In this document: positions 27,446 to 30,643 of the stretch, one piece after another
Numbering within the stretch: position 1 is the stretch's first letter
Layout: every line of letters begins with the position of its first letter
NCBI GenBank assembly: GCA_038219845.1
Contig: JBBRJE010000001.1
Coordinates: 1 to 30,643, forward strand
Source of the DNA: Bacteroidia bacterium
GTDB taxonomy: Bacteria; Bacteroidota; Bacteroidia; UKL13-3
DNA: 30,643 nt
Reading direction: 5' to 3'
Notes under the pieces: model-generated
What the model saw: only the letters and a program-made list of their open reading frames with translations
Told to the model about the DNA's origin: nothing
Databases searched by the model: none
Made by a program: the position numbers and the translations under genes

Positions 27446-28966
27446 ATGGATGAATTGAGAAGAGTAAGGGTGCGTTTTGCCCCAAGTCCTACGGGTCCGC
27501 TGCATATCGGAGGAGTACGTACGGCTTTATATAATTACTTGTTTGCTAAAAAATATCATGGTGATTTTATATTGCGTATTGAAGATACTGACCAGAACAG
27601 GCTGGTGAAGGGTGCAGAGCAATACATTATTGATTCACTTAAATGGGTAGGCATAGAACCTAATGAAGGCGCAGGCTTTGGAGATGGTGAGTTTGCCCCG
27701 TATCGCCAATCGGATAGAAAGGGCAGCTATAGGCAGTATGCGGAGCAATTGATAGCAAACGGCCATGCCTACTATGCTTTTGATTCGGAAGAGGAGCTGG
27801 AACAACTGAAAGTGGCGAATTCCAATGCCAAATACGATGCATCGAACAGGCTTGCTTTGAAGAATTCTCTTTCCTTAGCTGTAGAGGAACTTGAAACAAT
27901 GCAACGTAATAATGTACCTTATGTAATACGTATTAAAGTTCCTGAAGCGGCAGAGATCACTTTTTACGATGAGATAAGAGGCAATATTACGGTGAATACT
28001 AAGGAAATGGATGATAAGGTGCTGCTAAAAAGTGATGGCATGCCTACCTATCATCTGGCCAATGTTTGTGACGATTTTCTGATGAAAATTTCCCATGTAA
28101 TACGGGGTGAGGAATGGCTGCCCAGCGCGCCCCTGCATGTATTGCTCTACCGTTGTTTGGGATGGGAAAGTATGATGCCGAAATTCGCCCATCTCCCTTT
28201 ACTTTTAAAACCCGACGGCAACGGCAAGCTGAGTAAACGAGATGGCGACAGGCTGGGCTTCCCCGTTTTTCCGCTGCAATGGACCGATCCACTTACCGGA
28301 GATATGAGCAAGGGGTATAAGCAGGAAGGATATCTCCCGGAAGCTGTAATAAATTTCCTCGCTTTCTTAGGCTGGAACCCGGGAGGAACCAAGGAGATTT
28401 TTTCATTGGATGAATTGGTAGAGGCATTTACGATTGACCGCATCAGTCATGGTGGAGCCAAATTTGATTTTGAAAAAGCCAAATGGTTCAATTCCGAATA
28501 TATTAAGCAGCTCGATACCCCCGTACTGGCTGCCATGGTGAAGCCGCAGATCGAAGAGAGATTTGGCCCAAAGAAGGACGCGTTCCTGATCGCAGCTTGT
28601 GGATTAATAAAAGAACGCATGGTATTTGTTAGTGATATGGCTAATCACTACGCCTACCTGTTTGAAAACCCCAAAACCTATGCTGAAATTAATACATCCA
28701 AAATAAAATCAATCAAAGAAATTCTGAACATTTCTGCGCTGGTACATACGGTAAATAATATAACTACATTCACGTCTCTTGAAATTGAAAATGAATTCAA
28801 AAATTTTGCGGCAACAAATAATATTAAACCGGGTGAGCTGATGAAATTCATCCGGGTGAGCCTGGTATCTGAACTTTCGGGCCCATCGATTCCTGAGCTT
28901 ATACAGGTGCTCGGCAAAGCTACGGTGGTTGAACGATTGAACAACTGTTACCATCAAATCCCCTGA
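27446..28966 (+). CDS. gltX: Glutamate--tRNA ligase
   Basis: RFAPSPTGPLHIGG, LRIEDTD, RGEEWLPS, KLSKRDG; start reassigned to ATG 27446 (MDELRR). Confidence 0.97.
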   Translation: MDELRRVRVRFAPSPTGPLHIGGVRTALYNYLFAKKYHGDFILRIEDTDQNRLVKGAEQYIIDSLKWVGIEPNEGAGFGDGEFAPYRQSDRKGSYRQYAEQLIANGHAYYAFDSEEELEQLKVANSNAKYDASNRLALKNSLSLAVEELETMQRNNVPYVIRIKVPEAAEITFYDEIRGNITVNTKEMDDKVLLKSDGMPTYHLANVCDDFLMKISHVIRGEEWLPSAPLHVLLYRCLGWESMMPKFAHLPLLLKPDGNGKLSKRDGDRLGFPVFPLQWTDPLTGDMSKGYKQEGYLPEAVINFLAFLGWNPGGTKEIFSLDELVEAFTIDRISHGGAKFDFEKAKWFNSEYIKQLDTPVLAAMVKPQIEERFGPKKDAFLIAACGLIKERMVFVSDMANHYAYLFENPKTYAEINTSKIKSIKEILNISALVHTVNNITTFTSLEIENEFKNFAATNNIKPGELMKFIRVSLVSELSGPSIPELIQVLGKATVVERLNNCYHQIP

Positions 28967-29011
28967 AGAAAACGCTTCGTGAAACCTTAAATTATTTCAT
29001 TATAAATAACA

Positions 29012-29039
29012 AAATTCTAATTACTAAATACTAATCCCT
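29012..29039 (+). repeat. Short heptamer array before glnS
   Basis: AAATTCT AATTACT AAATACT AATCCCT. Confidence 0.4.
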
Positions 29040-30643
29040 TGGAACATATTAAAGAAGAGCGGTCCTTGAATTTTATTGAGGAAATTGTTGAGCATGATTT
29101 GAATGCCGGAAAATATAAATCAATATTAACCCGTTTTCCACCGGAGCCGAATGGTTACCTGCATATCGGGCATGCGGCTTCAATCTGGCTAAATTTCGGA
29201 CTTGCCAAAAAATATGGCGGTCAAACAAATCTTCGTTTTGATGATACGAACCCTTCCACCGAAGAAACAGAGTATGTTGAAAGCATCAAGGAAGATATTA
29301 AATGGCTGGGTTTTACCTGGGCCAACGAATTTTATGCGAGTGATTATTTTGATAAATTATATTCACTGGCGCAACAGCTCATAAAGCAGGGAGATGCCTA
29401 TGTGGATGATCTTAAGCCCGATGAAATTGCAGCACAAAAGGGAACGCCCACAGCACCCGGTGTGAATAGTGTTTACAGAGACCGAAGCATTGAAGAGAAC
29501 CTGGAATTATTTGCTGGCATGAAAGCCGGACAATTTCCTGAAGGCTCCAGGACATTGCGGGCAAAGATAGATATGTCATCGCCGAATATGCTTTTACGTG
29601 ATCCCATTCTATACCGTATTAAGTTTGCCCACCATCACCGTACAGGTGATAAATGGTGCATATACCCAATGTATGATTTCGCCCATGGACAAAGCGACGC
29701 CTTAGAGCAAATCACCCATTCTATCTGCACTTTAGAATTTATTCCCCATAGGGCATTATATGACTGGTGTATTGAAAGGCTGCAATTGTACCCTTCTCAT
29801 CAATATGAATTTGCGCGGCTGAATATTAATTATACGGTGATGAGCAAAAGGAAGCTGCTCCAGCTGGTGAATGAGAAATTTGTATCCGGCTGGGATGATC
29901 CACGGATGCCCACCATCTCAGGGATGCGCCGCCGGGGTTATACTGCAGCCGCCATATGTGAATTTTGTGAAAGGGCGGGGATAGCTAAAAGAGATAAATT
30001 AAATCAGATTTCATTATTGGAATTCTGCGTACGGGAAGAATTGAATAAAACCTCTTTCCGCCGTATGGTGGTATTCCAGCCTGTTAAAGTGGTGATAACG
30101 AATTTCAATGAGGAAGAACTAATTTTGGAAGGAGAAAATAATCCAGAGGATGAAAGCTCCGGATCACGGGCTATTCCTTTCAGCAGAGAATTATATATCG
30201 AGCAGGAAGATTTTATGGAGCATGCTCCGAAAAAATTTTTCCGGATGACTATTGGCCAGCGTGTAAGGTTAAAAAGCGCTTTTATCGTTACCTGTAACGA
30301 TATTGTCAAAGATGAAAACGGAGCATTGACGGAGATCCATTGTACATATATACCTGAAAGCAGAAGCGGGAACGACACATCGGGATTGAAAGTGCAGGGT
30401 ACCTTGCACTGGGTGAGCATCAGGCATGCCATAAAAGTAGAGCTTCGGGAATATGAACGCTTATTTAAAGTAGAAAATCCTGCCGCAGAAGAGGCTGACT
30501 TCCGTCAGTTTGTTAATGAAGAAAGTCTGAATATCATTCCCAATGCATATGCCGAGCCAGCGCTTATGGCTGCAACTGGATCTGACCGCTTCCAGTTTTT
30601 GCGTAAAGGGTATTTTTGCATGGATAAAGATTCCACCCCAGAT
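29039..30643 (+). CDS. glnS: Glutamine--tRNA ligase, 3'-partial (runs off the window and is absent from the ORF track)
   Basis: My translation from TTG 29039: MEHIKEERSLNFIEEIVE..TRFPPEPNGYLHIGH..LRFDDTNP..YTVMSKRKL..QFLRKGYFCMDKDSTPD; frame confirmed at several points to the window end. Confidence 0.96.
   Translation, partial: MEHIKEERSLNFIEEIVEHDLNAGKYKSILTRFPPEPNGYLHIGHAASIWLNFGLAKKYGGQTNLRFDDTNPSTEETEYVESIKEDIKWLGFTWANEFYASDYFDKLYSLAQQLIKQGDAYVDDLKPDEIAAQKGTPTAPGVNSVYRDRSIEENLELFAGMKAGQFPEGSRTLRAKIDMSSPNMLLRDPILYRIKFAHHHRTGDKWCIYPMYDFAHGQSDALEQITHSICTLEFIPHRALYDWCIERLQLYPSHQYEFARLNINYTVMSKRKLLQLVNEKFVSGWDDPRMPTISGMRRRGYTAAAICEFCERAGIAKRDKLNQISLLEFCVREELNKTSFRRMVVFQPVKVVITNFNEEELILEGENNPEDESSGSRAIPFSRELYIEQEDFMEHAPKKFFRMTIGQRVRLKSAFIVTCNDIVKDENGALTEIHCTYIPESRSGNDTSGLKVQGTLHWVSIRHAIKVELREYERLFKVENPAAEEADFRQFVNEESLNIIPNAYAEPALMAATGSDRFQFLRKGYFCMDKDSTPD

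Noticed and set aside
29165-29195. GlnRS HIGH-adjacent AASIWLNF instead of the usual AKSICLNF
   Set aside because: Substitutions outside the HIGH core; all catalytic motifs are intact and I cannot show it is unusual without an alignment
769-30432. The many short ORFs in the track that overlap major genes (e.g. 1915-2202, 8093-8503, 15846-16394, 20035-20451, 30004-30432)
   Set aside because: Antisense or alternate-frame shadows of well-supported genes, with no recognisable motifs
1-30643. IS elements, prophage, rRNA or tRNA genes
   Set aside because: No transposase, integrase or phage protein motifs, and no tRNA/rRNA signatures in the short intergenic gaps

Overview
Chromosomal window from a Bacteroidota bacterium. 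The assignment rests on TTTG-N19-21-TAnnTTTG promoters, a C-terminal gliding-motility/T9SS type-B sorting domain and a stand-alone trmD. Housekeeping genes: rluF, beta carbonic anhydrase, NifU-like, FAH-family hydrolase, trmD, mltG, thioesterase, YihY, pirin, dnaB, hutI, gltX and a glnS that runs off the right edge. Accessory blocks: (1) a five-gene PAS/histidine-kinase/receiver cluster with no DNA-binding output; (2) a large Ig/lamin-tail-domain secreted protein; (3) an intergenic candidate sRNA with a sigma54-like promoter and its own terminator; (4) a coupled two-gene module, a CHASE2 receptor with no cytoplasmic output plus an unknown secreted partner; (5) a frameshifted gene relic enclosed by inverted heptamer arrays; (6) three tandem paralogous lipoproteins, the middle one with an in-frame stop in its signal peptide. 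No rRNA, tRNA, CRISPR array, transposase or integrase was recognised. All family assignments come from motif recognition by eye, with no database search.
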